A stretch of 64,000 nucleotides of DNA from Octopus sinensis (Eukaryota): assembly GCF_006345805.1 (NCBI RefSeq), contig NC_043008.1:31000001-31064000 (forward strand). Reading direction: 5' to 3'. The position numbers were made by a program, and so were the translations under genes. Under the pieces are notes generated by a model that did no database searches, was not told the DNA's origin, and was given only the letters and a program-made list of their open reading frames with translations. Shown here piece after piece: positions 14,240-27,699 of the stretch; the stretch's first letter is position 1; each line of letters opens with the position of its first letter.

Positions 14240-15990
14240 CCTCTCTCTCGCTCGCTTCTTTGTTTATCAAGTATTTAGTGGCAGTCTTCTGTTCCTGTTT
14301 AGATGAGAAATTATGTACTTATCTCAACTCTAGGAGAGACTACTATTACTTTTGTAACTGTTGCTGGTATTATAAGCTTACTTATAATACCAGCAACTGG
14401 ATATGTATCCAAGCATTACTTTCTGCTGGTATGATGAGTATTTCTCCTCCAAGTCTCTGTTTGTGTAGGCCCATGCAGCGACCTTAGCCTCGCATAGAAC
14501 ATCTGTACACTTAAAATACCTACTCAAGAATTTTTTGCTTACTCTCATAATGTTACTCGCTTTCGCGTGTACATCCGATATACATATTTCTTCTCTTTGC
14601 TATTCGATAAGTGTTGTCTGAGTGAAACCTTACGGCACTTTAAGACTGTCTGGACATGTCTTATGCCTCTACATTCATTCTTCCGTTTTACATAGATCTT
14701 GTTGATATCACTGTTGATGAAAAAGTTACCAGTGGTTATTAATACTTCACTTGTTTTGATGCTTTGGCTACACATTTCTTCGTTTGCCCAGTCCAGTATG
14801 CCAAATGTTAACACTAGCACAGGCACAACGAAAGCATTGTGGGATATGATGTTATTGGGTGTGGATAGCTTTGATTCCTACATCTTCCGTAGTCTGCTGA
14901 AATGTATTTTTGTCACTCTAGCTTTGCTTACATAGACAATATATGCGATATTCTCGTCAGTTCCAAGACACCTGTAGCATTCGTCGCTGGAGGTAGGGCT
15001 GATAGTCAAGCATGAGCATGTTGCAACCAGCTCTAATTGTCTTCCCTTAGTGTCACAGATGCTACTTGAGGTCGTCAACAAAAATGCGTAAGTGAATTTA
15101 ATTTTTCTATCCTCAGCAGCCCCTGTAGCCATTACATTTCTTTAACAGGGCTCACAAGGGGCTCGCTACAACTATGGGAATCATTAGACGAGCTGACATC
15201 TGTAATATTCCTGTTGACACACTAATTATATTAGTGACTACTGTAGTAGTTTCTGTTCTTATTAATAGTTCTGTGGACCATATTGCTGTCACACTTTTAA
15301 TAGTATTCACAAGGCAAATTGATATCCATAATTAAGCAACAGAGTCAAACACCTTCTTATAGTTTAGCCATATTGTTAACGGGTTTAAGTGATACTGTTT
15401 CGCTTCCTTGAGAACAGCTTTGTTGATGAGGAGTTGTTCTCCACATACCCAGACATTATTTCCTACTGTCTGATCGTCAGACACCACATTATATGTTTCA
15501 CGGTGGTCCTGAAGGAAAGCATTTAAGCAACCTGCGTACAATTTAGACATGATATTCAGATATTCTGTGGGTCTGTAGATTTTGAATATGTTCCTAGGGA
15601 TTAATGCGGTATGTACCACTGTCAACCACACTGGTACGTCGGGCTCAGTGTTGAGCATTCTTTCGGGGGTCGCCATGTAGAACATAAACTTTTTGTATCA
15701 ATAACCGACTATCAAGTCTCTTTCGAGTAACCCCCTTTTCATTAGTTTTGCAACAACAGTCAGGAAAGGTTCTTTGTTGATATTATAGGTTTGGGGACAA
15801 ATAGTTACACAATACTCATTCCGTAGTTCACTTGCTCACTTTGCATCACGATTGTGGTATTGTTTACGTTCCAGGTACTCTACAAAATGAATATGTTCTG
15901 AATTCAAATCACGCTTTGACCTACATGGGTAAGTGATTTAATCTTTTCTGCCTCTTTTAACAGGGTCCACTCTATTGCAAGCATTCAGGT
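13560..15990 (-). mobile_element. R4/Dong-like (RLE-type) LINE relic
   Basis: PVWLTVVHTALIP...YRP...EQLLINKAVL...WLNYKKVFDSV (15332-15685); PVLVLTFGILDW...NSDINKIYVKR (14545-14826); CCHC and RPD remnants at 13750-14030. Interrupted by (CT)n at 14062-14248. Confidence 0.85.
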
Positions 15991-16074
15991 TATGTCTCCG
16001 GTTTCAGGATACCTTCCACCAATCTTGAAGTACCTACGAAGGTCTATATGCACTGCCCATCCGCCCCTCCTGAC

Positions 16075-16114
<40 letters not shown>

Positions 16115-16240
16115 CAAACTTCCGCTCAGTTACCATATACCGATTACCACTTACTAGAGATTGGTTGACACGAGGCTACAGTAGAAGAGACTTGCTCGAA
16201 TCATTATGCAATGGCATCGAACACGGAAATAGGAACGATG
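16115..16240 (-). mobile_element. Degenerate fragment of the abundant tRNA SINE (same family as 43140-43297 and 49373-49755)
   Basis: gaggctacagtagaagagacttgc matches gaggttgtagtagaagacacttgg at ~43195. Confidence 0.6.
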
Positions 16241-16329
16241 TTATCGCGAAGCTTCTGTGTTACTTCTAGTCTTACCAAAGCTTTAAAACAGTTGTTTTCT
16301 TGCAAATCAGACATCCTACTTTATACACT

Positions 16330-17100
16330 TTGCATTTTTGTATGCCGTTCTGGCAGAAATTCTGTTCCAAATTTCATTGTTTTCCATCTTTACTGAATAG
16401 TTACACTGTTTTAAGTAATCTTTCCATATAATTATATACGAATGCATCATTTAGAAAAAAATTATTGTTCATCCATATAGAATAGGTGGCTTCCTGCGTA
16501 TACTTTCATTTAGGAATATGCATGATGCTAAGGGGAGAAAGTGCCATTCGGTATAGGAGACAATGTATCATTTTGAAGAATATCACAGTAAATTACTAAG
16601 TTTCTGATATTTTTCGCCTTTGCGTAGGATCCGTTTGTTCCATTTGTTTTCTATTCCCTATAATGCACCTAATAAATTAATTCGCTCTTTATGTTATAGA
16701 GCCAAGATTTTAAATTAATCAGATGAGAGGTATCGTGCCGACGTTAGTTTATTTTTCTCTTCCTGATTGCTTTGAGTATCAAGCCGTGCACATTTTTGAA
16801 CATTTTCTCCTCTATTTATGGCTTCTCGTTTCCCCCTAACTCGATATAAATTATTTTCTCCATTATTGCAAGTTGTTTAAATGTATTAATGATTCTGGAT
16901 TTCTTTGAAGTTTTCTGTCTTATTACTATTCTATAACAGTACCGTTCATCTTTTAATTAATCAGGTATTTTCTTGGGATCATTTATTATTAATTTTAATG
17001 TTCGAATTTTTACTTTACTCGGAACTATCCAATCTAAGTCTAGAGGCCACTTCTAGACAAAGAATTTTGACATACCCTCATGCAGCTCATTCTTTTCTTA
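16330..17100 (-). mobile_element. R4/Dong-like LINE relic, RT part
   Basis: Degenerate ALSPL...SHLFYMDE at ~16465-16560. Confidence 0.55.
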
Positions 17101-18089
17101 GACGATCGTGCAGAAGATTTCAGTGTAATTTACTGAAAATCGATCGACTACATAGCAGCTTCCACATTCATTTAGTTTTTGCGTTGCTGCTGTAAATGCT
17201 GTAATTTCATGCTGAAGTATCCTCTTACCAACGACATCTTCCGAATGCCTGTAATGGCTTCATGAACATATATCTTGAAATCATTCCTCAAGGGGTTCAT
17301 GTCAATTTCGTGTCTTTCAGCAACACAAAAACACAATCATTACACAGTTCGGTAAAAGAAATATTCAAAAGTACCTAAGAACAATAAACAAAACTCAACT
17401 CGAACCTTCAAATTTACTGCAAAAGTTGGACCTCACTAGCACTCATGATTTCTTTTGACAATCCTGACGAACTCATATTCTCAACTTAACAAAACTATAT
17501 CATAAAGATCAGCAACTCTTCAGAACCAAAAACTATTTCCACTCTCAACAAATACTAACCCTATACATAATTCAAGTGAGACCCACACTAGAATATTGAT
17601 CCCTGATCTAGGACTATGCTGCTACTGCACATATTTACATTCTAAATCGCTTCCCAAAAGATTCCGACCAATCATTTTTACTTTCGATGGGCTCTGTGCC
17701 ATTTCTGCTCATGTCATTCCAACTTACTCCTCTCTCCTCTTCTCGCTACTCATATAGTATCCTCTGTATCATACCGCACTACCCACTTAGCCCACTCTTT
17801 TCTCTTTTGAGTGTCAGCTCTCTAGAATCCCTTCGCTTCCTACGTTTTTTTTTCTGCAGCCGTCACATTGCAGTTATACAAGAGGTTCATTAACTACATC
17901 AATTTCACCGGTTCCCGAGGGCCTGTAAATGTCAAGGGTACTTCTTCCTCCAAAACGAAATCACTGAAAATTTCAGGCAGAAAGCTTGGATCCCTCAAGT
18001 ACTTTACTAAAATACACTTATTCAAGTCTCACTCAGTGAGATCGAACCAGTAATCACGTGATTTCTATTCGTGCTTCTTAATCACATGA

Positions 18090-19350
18090 CCATAACTATG
18101 TGGAAGAATATTCAATTTTTGATACTCCTTGGGCTTTTCCTGTTTCCTTTGCCAATTAATAATGTCTTTGCTGTCTTTAGCTGTTATTGCTTCCCCTTGT
18201 TATTTATAAAGTTGTGTTGTTTCTTGGTTTATGGTACATTAGGCCTCTTTCTATTAAAGGTTGTCGGGGTTTTTTTTTTCTCATTTATTCTCATATATCT
18301 GTTCAGAACTTTTCAATTTCCTTCTTTACAGAAATCTGTTTTATTTACGATATTCGTTTTCTGATTGACTTCTCTGTCGAACTTCTCTCTGGTTTCACAA
18401 AACATTTTATTTTGTATCAATTGTTTCTGTCTCTTTTCAGATCCTCTGATCTGGTGGCTTTTGCGATAATTAGTTATTTTAGATGTTCCCTAATTTCCGG
18501 TAGGTCTGTATTATTCTTTAATTTTATGCTTCTTATATATGTTTTTATTAATTTCTTCTCTATTATTAAGCTCTGCTGATTTTGTAATTATGTTAGTATT
18601 GATAAGTTTTTCATTGTTTTGTTTTGTTTGGGTTAATTTGTTTCTCTATTTTAATTTCCCTCAATGTCTGGCTACTGCTTTCTTTGTCTATTATTTTCTC
18701 CTTTTCTCCTTACTGTTTGCATATTATATTAGCTATAACTTAGAATATGTGATTTGTATAACTTATATCTATTCCATCCTTTCAGTTGTGGTAGGTTTGT
18801 TCTATTGCTTTATTTGCATTTTTCCTTTGTTCTCATTTGTAAGTTCTATTTTGGACATGTTTGCTCAATCTTAGTACATTTTTTTGTCTTGAATTCTTTT
18901 ATTTTATTCCATTTGATTTTCTAGACAATTTATGGTCTCTTTGTCATTTGTATTTGTTTGTATATACTTCGTTTATGCGTTCTTTTGTATGAAATTGATT
19001 GTAGATGTATTTATAGATTAAGTTTGGTTGGAAATTGCACATGTTTTATAGGTGCTGTCCTCATTGTATTCTTTCTGGGGTTTTTTATTTGCTGTTGCTG
19101 GAATCAGTGTTTTACGTGAAATAGTATTACTTCTGAGAGTCTATATGTGTTTCTTGGCGTTTTCTATTGAAGTCTCTCTTTTCACTTAAAAGATCATTTA
19201 CCGACATTTCCGGTGTGACATTCGGATGATTGTTTCTTCAGGGTATGTGGGTATAATTTTGTATTACATTGTGCTGTGAGGAATTTCTCCTTTCATACAT
19301 GAAATTCATTGAGTATGCTTCTCGACAAACCTCTGCTTTTTATTGGGTGC
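18090..19350 (-). mobile_element. R4/Dong-like LINE relic, N-terminal part (probably the same insertion as 16330-17100)
   Basis: EKRQKQLIQNKMF...EIEKF*TDI* (RY..QN.LF..FW..IW pattern) at ~18290-18450; GKAQG at ~18130. Confidence 0.6.
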
Positions 19351-19718
19351 CAAATGCAAAGTTATAACTTATACTTTTTAGCGGTTACGGATGGATGAAA
19401 GGTAAAATCGGTTTCAGTGTGAATTGAACGCAGAACATTTATATATGTGTGTGTATGTGTCTGAATGTGTATGTATGCACAATTATTTGAAATCTTCCTC
19501 AAAGAAAAGAGTTGGTTTCTTACAAAGACACAAAGTTTTGTCTTTAAAATGAAGATAAAAAACGCCACATTTTGAACTTGAAAAGGAATTTACATATTTT
19601 TTCTGTTCCGCTTACAGAATGTATTAGTACTGTGAGTATTATTTGCTTCATTTCTTTTTCTAAAAACCCATTTATAATCTGGATATAGAAGCTGGAGTAA
19701 TTTTCGTAGTTATCTTCC

Positions 19719-19756
<38 letters not shown>

Positions 19757-19882
19757 ATATATCTATCTATCTATCTCTATCTATCTATTTTATCTCTCTC
19801 TCTTTCTCACTCTCTCTCTCTCCTCTCTCATCCTCTCTCTCTCTCCTCCTCTCTCATCTCTCTCTCTCTCTCTCTCTCTCCT

Positions 19883-19926
<44 letters not shown>

Positions 19927-20034
19927 CCTCTCTCTCTCCTCTCTCGATTTTCGAAGATATATTTACATCAGTCAAGCAGATGACCTCTATGACGGTACAT
20001 ACACTTCTAATCCGTCCCGAACAAACATAACTCC

Positions 20035-20205
20035 TCTACATGAGCTTTAGGTAACCACAAATGAAATGATAAATAGGTAATTTTACTTAAAAAGCCAAAA
20101 ATAAACAAAACTCCCAATATGCACTAACATTTCCCATAAATAATAAATTAATAATAGCCATCCTATAAGATCCCTCGCGATAACCTAATAATAATAAACA
20201 CAACT

Positions 20206-20247
<42 letters not shown>

Positions 20248-20657
20248 GTATATATACCAGCCTGTAATCGCTCATGTTCATAACCCCAACTTAAAATTAA
20301 TAGCAAAGCAGGAATCAATGAGATTTTAAAAAATAAATAGAATATTATTAAATTCTCCGCCAAAAAAAATAATCACCACAAAACATAATACACAAGAAAA
20401 AAAATCTCACTTTATTATTCATTCTTTCCACCGACTCATAACTTGACAATATTATTAAACCACTCGTCCAAAATCTTAATAAAATTAAAACCCTAGATAT
20501 TTTATCTAAAAAATAATAAATTCTCTCACCCCTCTAAAATCAATCTTCAAATATTTCAATCTCATAAACCAAAAAATTAATATAAATCGTAAACGCAATT
20601 CCCATTTTAATTCAAAACTTAAAAAAATAATATAATCATTCTCACTAATATTCCTAT
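20035..20657 (-). pseudogene. ND4: NUMT: 5' half of mitochondrial NADH dehydrogenase subunit 4
   Basis: Invertebrate mt-code translation DKMSSVLILLSFW...NLMMFYLFF...[22 protein letters not shown]...HLWLPKAHVE; frameshifts and a (TA)n expansion at ~20209-20245. Confidence 0.92.
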
Positions 20658-20780
20658 AATTTATAAACCCGTAACCTTAACACGTAATCATTACCATGTA
20701 ACCGAATAAATCTTACTAACAATGATAATTCACAGTACTTTCATTAACCCCAAAAACAATCACAAAAAATCATCAAATAT
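20654..20780 (-). pseudogene. ND4L: NUMT: 3' end of mitochondrial ND4L
   Basis: FVIVFGVNESTV.LSLLVSFIRLHGNDYVLSLRVYKL*, overlapping the ND4 start as in mitochondrial genomes. Confidence 0.85.
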
Positions 20781-21271
20781 AGATCTAAAGTTAGTTTACA
20801 TTTGTTCAATTTACGTTTGTTACAAGTCTTAATGAGAATGTTCAACCGTTATCCTTCTGTGTTGTTATTTACGTGTGTATTCAAAAGCAAGTGGACTCTT
20901 TATATTTATTCCAAGACTGTCGGTTCTTTTCAATTATGATGTATTTCACAAAAGTGTAACATAGTCGACATTTTCGATTGTATCTTGGAACGCCAAGGGC
21001 TTTCCTGTCTTTTTATTCGTTAAGCATTTCATAGCAATCTCCTGCTTTTAAGATTTTAAACTTACTATTAAGTCCACCTTCCAAATGAAATATAGTTTTA
21101 TTATCCAGATAAGACAGTAATAACATTAATTATAGTAGTCCAATAAACCATTTTTATCAGCTACATTATGACTTGACGTAACAATCCCAAAATTTACCAA
21201 AAATTTTAATTCGTAAAATATAAACTGACAGCAATATATAAACGTGTGTGTGTATGTGCGCGCGTGTGTAA

Positions 21272-21330
21272 TCTTTTATCCTTTTATTTTTTTTCAGTCA
21301 CTTGAGTGCGGCCATGCTGGAGCACCGCCA
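21272..21330 (-). mobile_element. Isolated SINE/RTE-type 3' tail
   Basis: ggcggtgctccagcatggccgcactcaagtgactgaaa, the same tail as at 49705-49755. Confidence 0.7.
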
Positions 21331-21334
21331 TTGT

Positions 21335-21592
21335 TCACTTCTTGATCTAGTTGCCGAAAATGGTGGCTTACACTTTATGGATGTTATCATCAATGGCAGA
21401 ATGTGGCCGTCCAGGAATAAGAGCAGTTTCCACTGATGTCTGACTATATTTGACTTGACGATACCAATGCTAGACTACGTCCTATGATGGCGCATCGTCA
21501 CCATAAACTTCTTTCATCTCATCGAAAGTCTCTTTTGGTGTACCTTTCAAGTATAAGAACTTGATCACTGATCTGCATTCAGCTGCCTCCAT
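21335..21592 (-). mobile_element. mariner transposase N-terminal relic
   Basis: MEAAECRSVIKFLYLKG.TPKETFDEMKEVYGDDAPS*DVV*HWYRQ...PGRP (HTH plus GRP motif). Confidence 0.85.
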
Positions 21593-22063
21593 TATAACAC
21601 CTTAGTCCACTTCAGCAGCTGTGAAAGACAAGCGAATACTGGTGGAAAGCTGCAATTTACAATGTGACATGTAAAGATATTCTTATATCCTTGAATTTGG
21701 ATATAGAGTACACTGTAATAGTACAGTAACACTACAAAAACTAAATCAGTAACAAACACGTAACAAACTTATATCTCTTCTCAACGACTTCTATGACTGC
21801 CGTCACAAATGCGACTGCAGACACCACAGTGTAAGTCGCACTTTCAGCATGCATGCGCCTTTACAAGGTTCAGGACAGTTCACTTGTTATCCCACAGGGG
21901 TGTCAGGATTTCACCACGACAGATATGTAGTATTATATCTGTACAAGCTCCGTTTCCTGCGGTAACCGGAAGTGGGTCAGGGGAAATCTTTAATGAACAC
22001 ACTCCTCATGTGCATATATATGTGTGTGTCTGTGTGTGTGTATATGTGTGTGTGTCTGTGTGT

Positions 22064-22128
<65 letters not shown>

Positions 22129-22134
<6 letters not shown>

Positions 22135-22412
22135 ATCCTTATGGATAACCGAATACACTGCAAAAGTGTAATTTGCAATATAAACGAAACAAACGGCAGT
22201 AACCACACGTAACGTAACAAAAATCTTTTAAAAACCAACAATCCAACAGGCTAAGTCGAACTGTGAACTTGTGAACTTTGGACTCCAGCTTTGAACGATC
22301 AGCACACAAACTATGGACCTAGCACGAACTACCTCACTTATTCAGACCGCTACTATTTATATGTAGTGGTCCAGTCCATTCTCGCCACAGGTAGTCGTAC
22401 TCTCGCACAACA
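22129..22412 (-). mobile_element. Candidate 3' LTR of the adjacent Gypsy element
   Basis: On the minus strand a purine-rich aaaaggaacga precedes TGTTG...TAACA; internal TATAAATA; lies downstream of the integrase. Confidence 0.4.
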
Positions 22413-22461
22413 TCGTTCCTTTTGAGATTCCGTGTTCCATAGGAATAAATAATTTTATTTT

Positions 22462-22518
<57 letters not shown>

Positions 22519-22519
22519 A

Positions 22520-23740
22520 TTAGTATCTCTTTCGTTTTGGCACTATCTCAAGGTATTCGGTTTGTTTTTCTCATCCTGGTTCTACAGGACTATTACTTTT
22601 GGTATTAGTACATCGAATATTTCACAGAATACTTCCATGGGAATTTCTCCCTGATCTTGGGTTTGCCTCTTCCTTAGAAAATATATATGCCTCTTATGTT
22701 CACCGTGTGACCCTTTAATTAGATACATTATAGTGTTCCAATTTTTCTGGTGACAAGGCCATCTTCCAGCCTTCTATAGGTTTTGAAATGCACTTTATTA
22801 CCTATCTCGACATATTTCGGTGACTCTTTCGTATTTCCTTTACAACTTTTTTTCTCTGGTAATAGCTACCAAAAATGGATTTTATTCTTCTTGCGAACAT
22901 CAATTCTGCAGAAAACTTCCCTGAATTTGTACTTGTATTGGGTGGGGGGGTTACTCTGTATAATCTTAAGAAATTTGTCAGTGCTTCGTCGTTACTTAAT
23001 TCATTCCTCGCTTTTCTTAACGCTCTCTTAAGGGTGTCCACAAATCTTTCTACATGCCCATTTAACTTCGGGTGGTAGGGTGGAGTGAAAATATGCTTTA
23101 TCGCATGCTTTTACAGAAGTTCTTGAATTCATACCCAGAGAACTGCGTTCCGTTGTCGTCTGAAACTAACGTATCAAGGATACGGTATCGCGCAAACAAT
23201 TCGTATAAAAATTTTATAGTTGTCTTAGGGGTTGGTCTATAACACCTGCAAACCTCCAGCCACTTAGTACAGCTATCTACTTCGATTAGGTAGTAAGTGC
23301 CGTTTACCGGTCCGGCATAGTCAATGTATGATATAGACCATGGGTTCTCCGTCTCTGGCCACGATTGATATTTTACCGGTGGGGCTTTGGCCGCGAGCGC
23401 GCAACTTCGGCATGATCTCACCAAATTTTCGATACCTCCGTCCATGGACGGCCAAGAGACATAACTCCTCATCAGAGCCTTTATCCTCGACATTCCTGGA
23501 TGTCCGCTGTGAAATTGTTGCAATACACCTTTGTGTAATGTAGTTGGAACCACCACTCTTTGAGCATACATCAGAATACCGTCGCAAACTTAAAAACTAT
23601 TGACATCTGAATTTTTATTCTGTTTATTTTTTAAAGCTTCTTTTATTTTGTTAATATACTCATCACCTATAGCTTTCATTCTTATATCCTGTTCCGTCAC
23701 TGGTAGTTCTTGGATAACGTTCATGATAGCACTTTTAATT
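22520..23740 (-). mobile_element. Ty3/Gypsy (Mag-like) integrase relic
   Basis: HSGHPG...CRSC HHCC finger, IDYAGP, VDSCTKW, LVSDDNGTQF (23098-23571); DTLKRALRK...YRVTP (22802-23041). Confidence 0.9.
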
Positions 23741-23849
23741 TCACTTTTTGTCTGCAGCGGAACCACCAGAAGAAACTGAACTTCATATCGATGTTAAGTT
23801 TTCTTCAAGTCTTCATGAAACATCTATATCATACATTTTGCTTTTTTTT

Positions 23850-25700
23850 TTGTTTGTTTTTTGTTTGTTTTTTTTATTTTTGGTATACTGAACAATTCAC
23901 ATCACATCCAGGCATTCTTTCGGGTATGTTAGTCCAACTGTTTGATGGTTCTGTTAGAAAACGTCGGAAAGAGGAGCTCACTGCCGACACATAGGATGCT
24001 GTTCTCTTCGCTTTTCAGCACAAGGTTTATGTATTTATTTTTGCTACTGTTGCTTTTGCAGATACTATACGACATTCAAATGTTGCCTACATGTCTGCAC
24101 TGATCTCGAGTTTCGACCTCTTTCATTTCTTCTTAGATACAGCCTGTCAATATCACTGTTTCTGCGAAAGATTCCAGTTGATGCCAGGATCTTGCAAGTT
24201 TTAATGTCTATGGAGTGGATTATCTGTACAAACAAATCAAGTATCCCAAATACTATTATCAGTACTGGTACTGCTAATGCATTGTGGTATGTTGTCTTGT
24301 AAGGGGAAAGTTTCGACTGCCATATTTTTTTAGCTGGATGTAATATTCTCGAGTTACTCTGTCTTCACCTTCATATCTTTTGTTTTCATCAATGCCTATG
24401 TATTTGTAGCATTCTTTGTGGTCAACAGATGAGGGAGAAAGAGACAATCGATTCGCATCTTCTGAGTTTGGGGTACTGATTCCTCACGTTCAACAATCGA
24501 ATACGGTCATATATTTAGGTGGTCAAATTCCATTCCTACGTCAGCTTTAAATGTAGTCATTAACTCCAGCGGTTTTTATAGTTTTTTTTTGGGGGGGGGG
24601 TGCATTGTAAACATTTTTATCATAGATTTTCAAGTCATCCAAAAAGAAATAATGGGTTACATTGGTATCTCTAGAAGTTGCAGACCCTAGCATGTAACAA
24701 CTGAATTTTTGTAAAAGAAATTATAACAGATCCAATGCCAAAATAAACGGAAGCAAAGAAGACTATCTTCTTGAGATATTCGCTTTGAAATATTTATGGC
24801 ATCGGAGACAATAGTTTTGCTTTAAGTTTCATGAGGATTCTTTCCCAGGTCTATGTGAACCTCGCAATCACAGCGACTAAGTTAGCAGGTACTTTTGCCA
24901 AATGCAGAGACTCCAACAGCCATGAGTGGTTTCAGTAACCATGAGTCAAATGCTTTCATTTAATCAGGCCATGGAGTCACAAATTGATTGCATGATTGTT
25001 TTTTTTATTATCATTTCGGACAGCACAGCTTTGTTTATCAAATGTTGTTCAGCACATCCCCACACTCCCTTTTTTCCACCTGCTTGCTCATCAGTTACTT
25101 AGCTTTTGGACTCGCAATGATCCTCGAGATGTTGGTTAAAGTTTATACGTAATGTTTAGGCCAAAAAGGAGACTATAGTTTTCTGCCAACTCGGTGATTC
25201 CTTTGTTGGCTACACGATTCATCCATACTAAAGCAAACCAGTTTAGCATGTCAATTTGTCCTTCCATGTTTCTTTTAAATAAATATATTAATGGCTTTCT
25301 GTAGAAGGCTAATCTCTTACATCAGTATCCAACTATTAGGTCTCTTGCAGATGCTTTCCCATTATGTAGTTTGCCTACAGCTAAAGGGAAAGTTTCAGAG
25401 CCAATTGTGTATGATTTACGGTGGATGTCAGTACAGTATTTACCTAACTGTATTTAACCACGATGTATTCTGGTTGAAATTTCTCCTATCGTTGTAGATC
25501 TTAGATCAGAATGATTCATGATCTTTTTTTAGAAGGATCTTTCTTAACAGTAATATTCTTCTGCCCCTTTTCTTGTACAAGCGTTTATGCTTGTAGATTG
25601 GAAACATGTGATTTGTACTGGCTCGCTCGAATATTTTTAAACAAAACGAAATTTTTCGATCATCAGTCTGAGTTCATGCTTTAAAATAATTAACTTTCTC
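23850..25700 (-). mobile_element. R4/Dong-like LINE relic
   Basis: ISQEDSL...THYFFLDDLKIY (~24625-24780); IDIKTCKILASTGIFRRNSDIDRLYL (~24130-24215). Confidence 0.75.
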
Positions 25701-25889
25701 TCGAGAACTTAATGTGAAGAATCACCGTAAAGGTTTGTTATTTTTTGCATAAGAATAACTAATGAGTCGTGAACTCATTATTCTCATTATTCGCGAGGTT
25801 AATTATGCAGTATGGCGGCGCTTCATATTTTTTTTAGATTGTGTTGTCCGCCTGGGTTGCTTCTATTTAATAATTTCTTTAACACGAGT

Positions 25890-26825
25890 ACTGCAGGTTT
25901 TATCTTTAAGGGTAACAGCAGCTGTGTATAGGAAGGTCTTAACTGCCCAGCAATTACCATCATACAACTTGCTTTCCAGTAACATCATGGTCTCCGAGCA
26001 TCGATTAGGGAGTCACGCTGAATCGTAAAATCCCACGGCATCTTGCATTCCTTGTTCCCGTGACACCTTCTAGTCCATGTTCGTACCATTTCTGTGCTCT
26101 GTTCAGACTGTAATTTCCACACAGACTCCAATAGACGAACTTCGCCACGTTGTCGTACCTCCTTTTGTAGTGCTTTAGGGTCAGCTTGCTACACTCACCC
26201 ATAATATGTGAGATTGTTTCGTTTCTACTGCCACACATCTTACAAAGAGGCGATTCGCTACTCTTATCTATTAAGAATTTTGTGTAATTAGTTTTCAGGG
26301 CTTGTTCTTGAGCGTTGTACATCAATGCTTCAGTGATCCTTTCAGATCACTTTTTCTTAGCCATCTCCAAGTGTTGATCTTGTCTTTTCTTTCAATTTCT
26401 CTGAGGTATTGCCCATGCGGTTATTTCATTTTCCAATTGTTTACTCTTTCTTCATCTTGTTTCTTAATTGTTTGTGGGTGCATCACATTTTCGGTAGGTA
26501 TTATATTGTTAATTCTAACAACGGCAAACAAGGATTCACTCTGCTGTTTGATGTTCCATTCCAGACTGTTCCTCTAGTTGACGATACAAATCTTACATCC
26601 TATGAGGCCTCTTCTTCCCCTGTTTCTAGTCACATACAGTCTGTCATTATCGATTTGGGGATGTAGTTCCTTGTTAACTGTCATCACATTTCTGGTTTCC
26701 CTGACCATTTCCTCAGGTTCGTTCTTTGTCCGCCTAACAACACCATATCGCATTAAGGAAACATCCCGTGTGTTCATTGTCCTGATCTTGTTTTCTCGAT
26801 TGAGTCTATATCCCATAATTAATTT
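25890..26825 (-). mobile_element. R4/Dong-like LINE 3' relic
   Basis: LHPQIDNDRLYVTRNRGRRGLI; AQEQALKTN...CKMC...ETISHIMGEC...RYDNVAK (CCHC). Confidence 0.88.
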
Positions 26826-27442
26826 GGTTTTGTTGTTGTTGTTGTGTTGTTGTTGTTGTCGTCGTCGTTGTTGTTGTTGTTGTTGTTACCACAGTGCACA
26901 TGACATTCTGTCACTGTGAACAAGAGGTGCGCAGAGTTTTAACTACATTAATTCACAAGAATTCGTGCTAATGTCGACCTACATAGAATGACCCGTTGCA
27001 AAGGTAACAACCAACGTTCCCCTCTACAAAGATCAAGCCTGATACTAGCAATAGCCAAAGAACTTGGAGAAATCATAGAACTTACATCATAGAGCTTACA
27101 ACACCAGATGGAAGTGTTTGGGTATTAGTTGCACCTGAAGATGCATTCAGTACATGCTGCACGTATTGGTTGCATCATGCAGATTTTGCCAGTGTTTTCC
27201 TATAAAGTTCTAATAAGTCCAAGCATGCATGATCCAGTCTAGCATACTCATTTCACTATTATTTGCCGGATTTTGTGTATACATACACCATTTAATCTCA
27301 CCGATGTGTTCTTATATTACCTAATGGATATAAATATCTATATTGTCATCTCTGTGGATGCACAACAGAAGACACGTGCACACTTACACATAGATAATAT
27401 ATGTATGTGTGTGTGTATGTGTATGCATATAAATATAAGTAT

Positions 27443-27501
<59 letters not shown>

Positions 27502-27699
27502 GTGTGTGAGCTTGTGTGTGAGAGTTTGTGTGTATATGAGTGTGTATGTATATGTGTGTCTGTGTCTTGTGTGTGTATCATTACGAGGGACTGAGGCGCC
27601 GGAAATTATATGTACAATTAGCTTTTTATTTTGATTGACGTCAACTACTTGCTTTATTGATTTCTTTTCTAATGTTTGTGGTTAGACATTGATCTTGTG

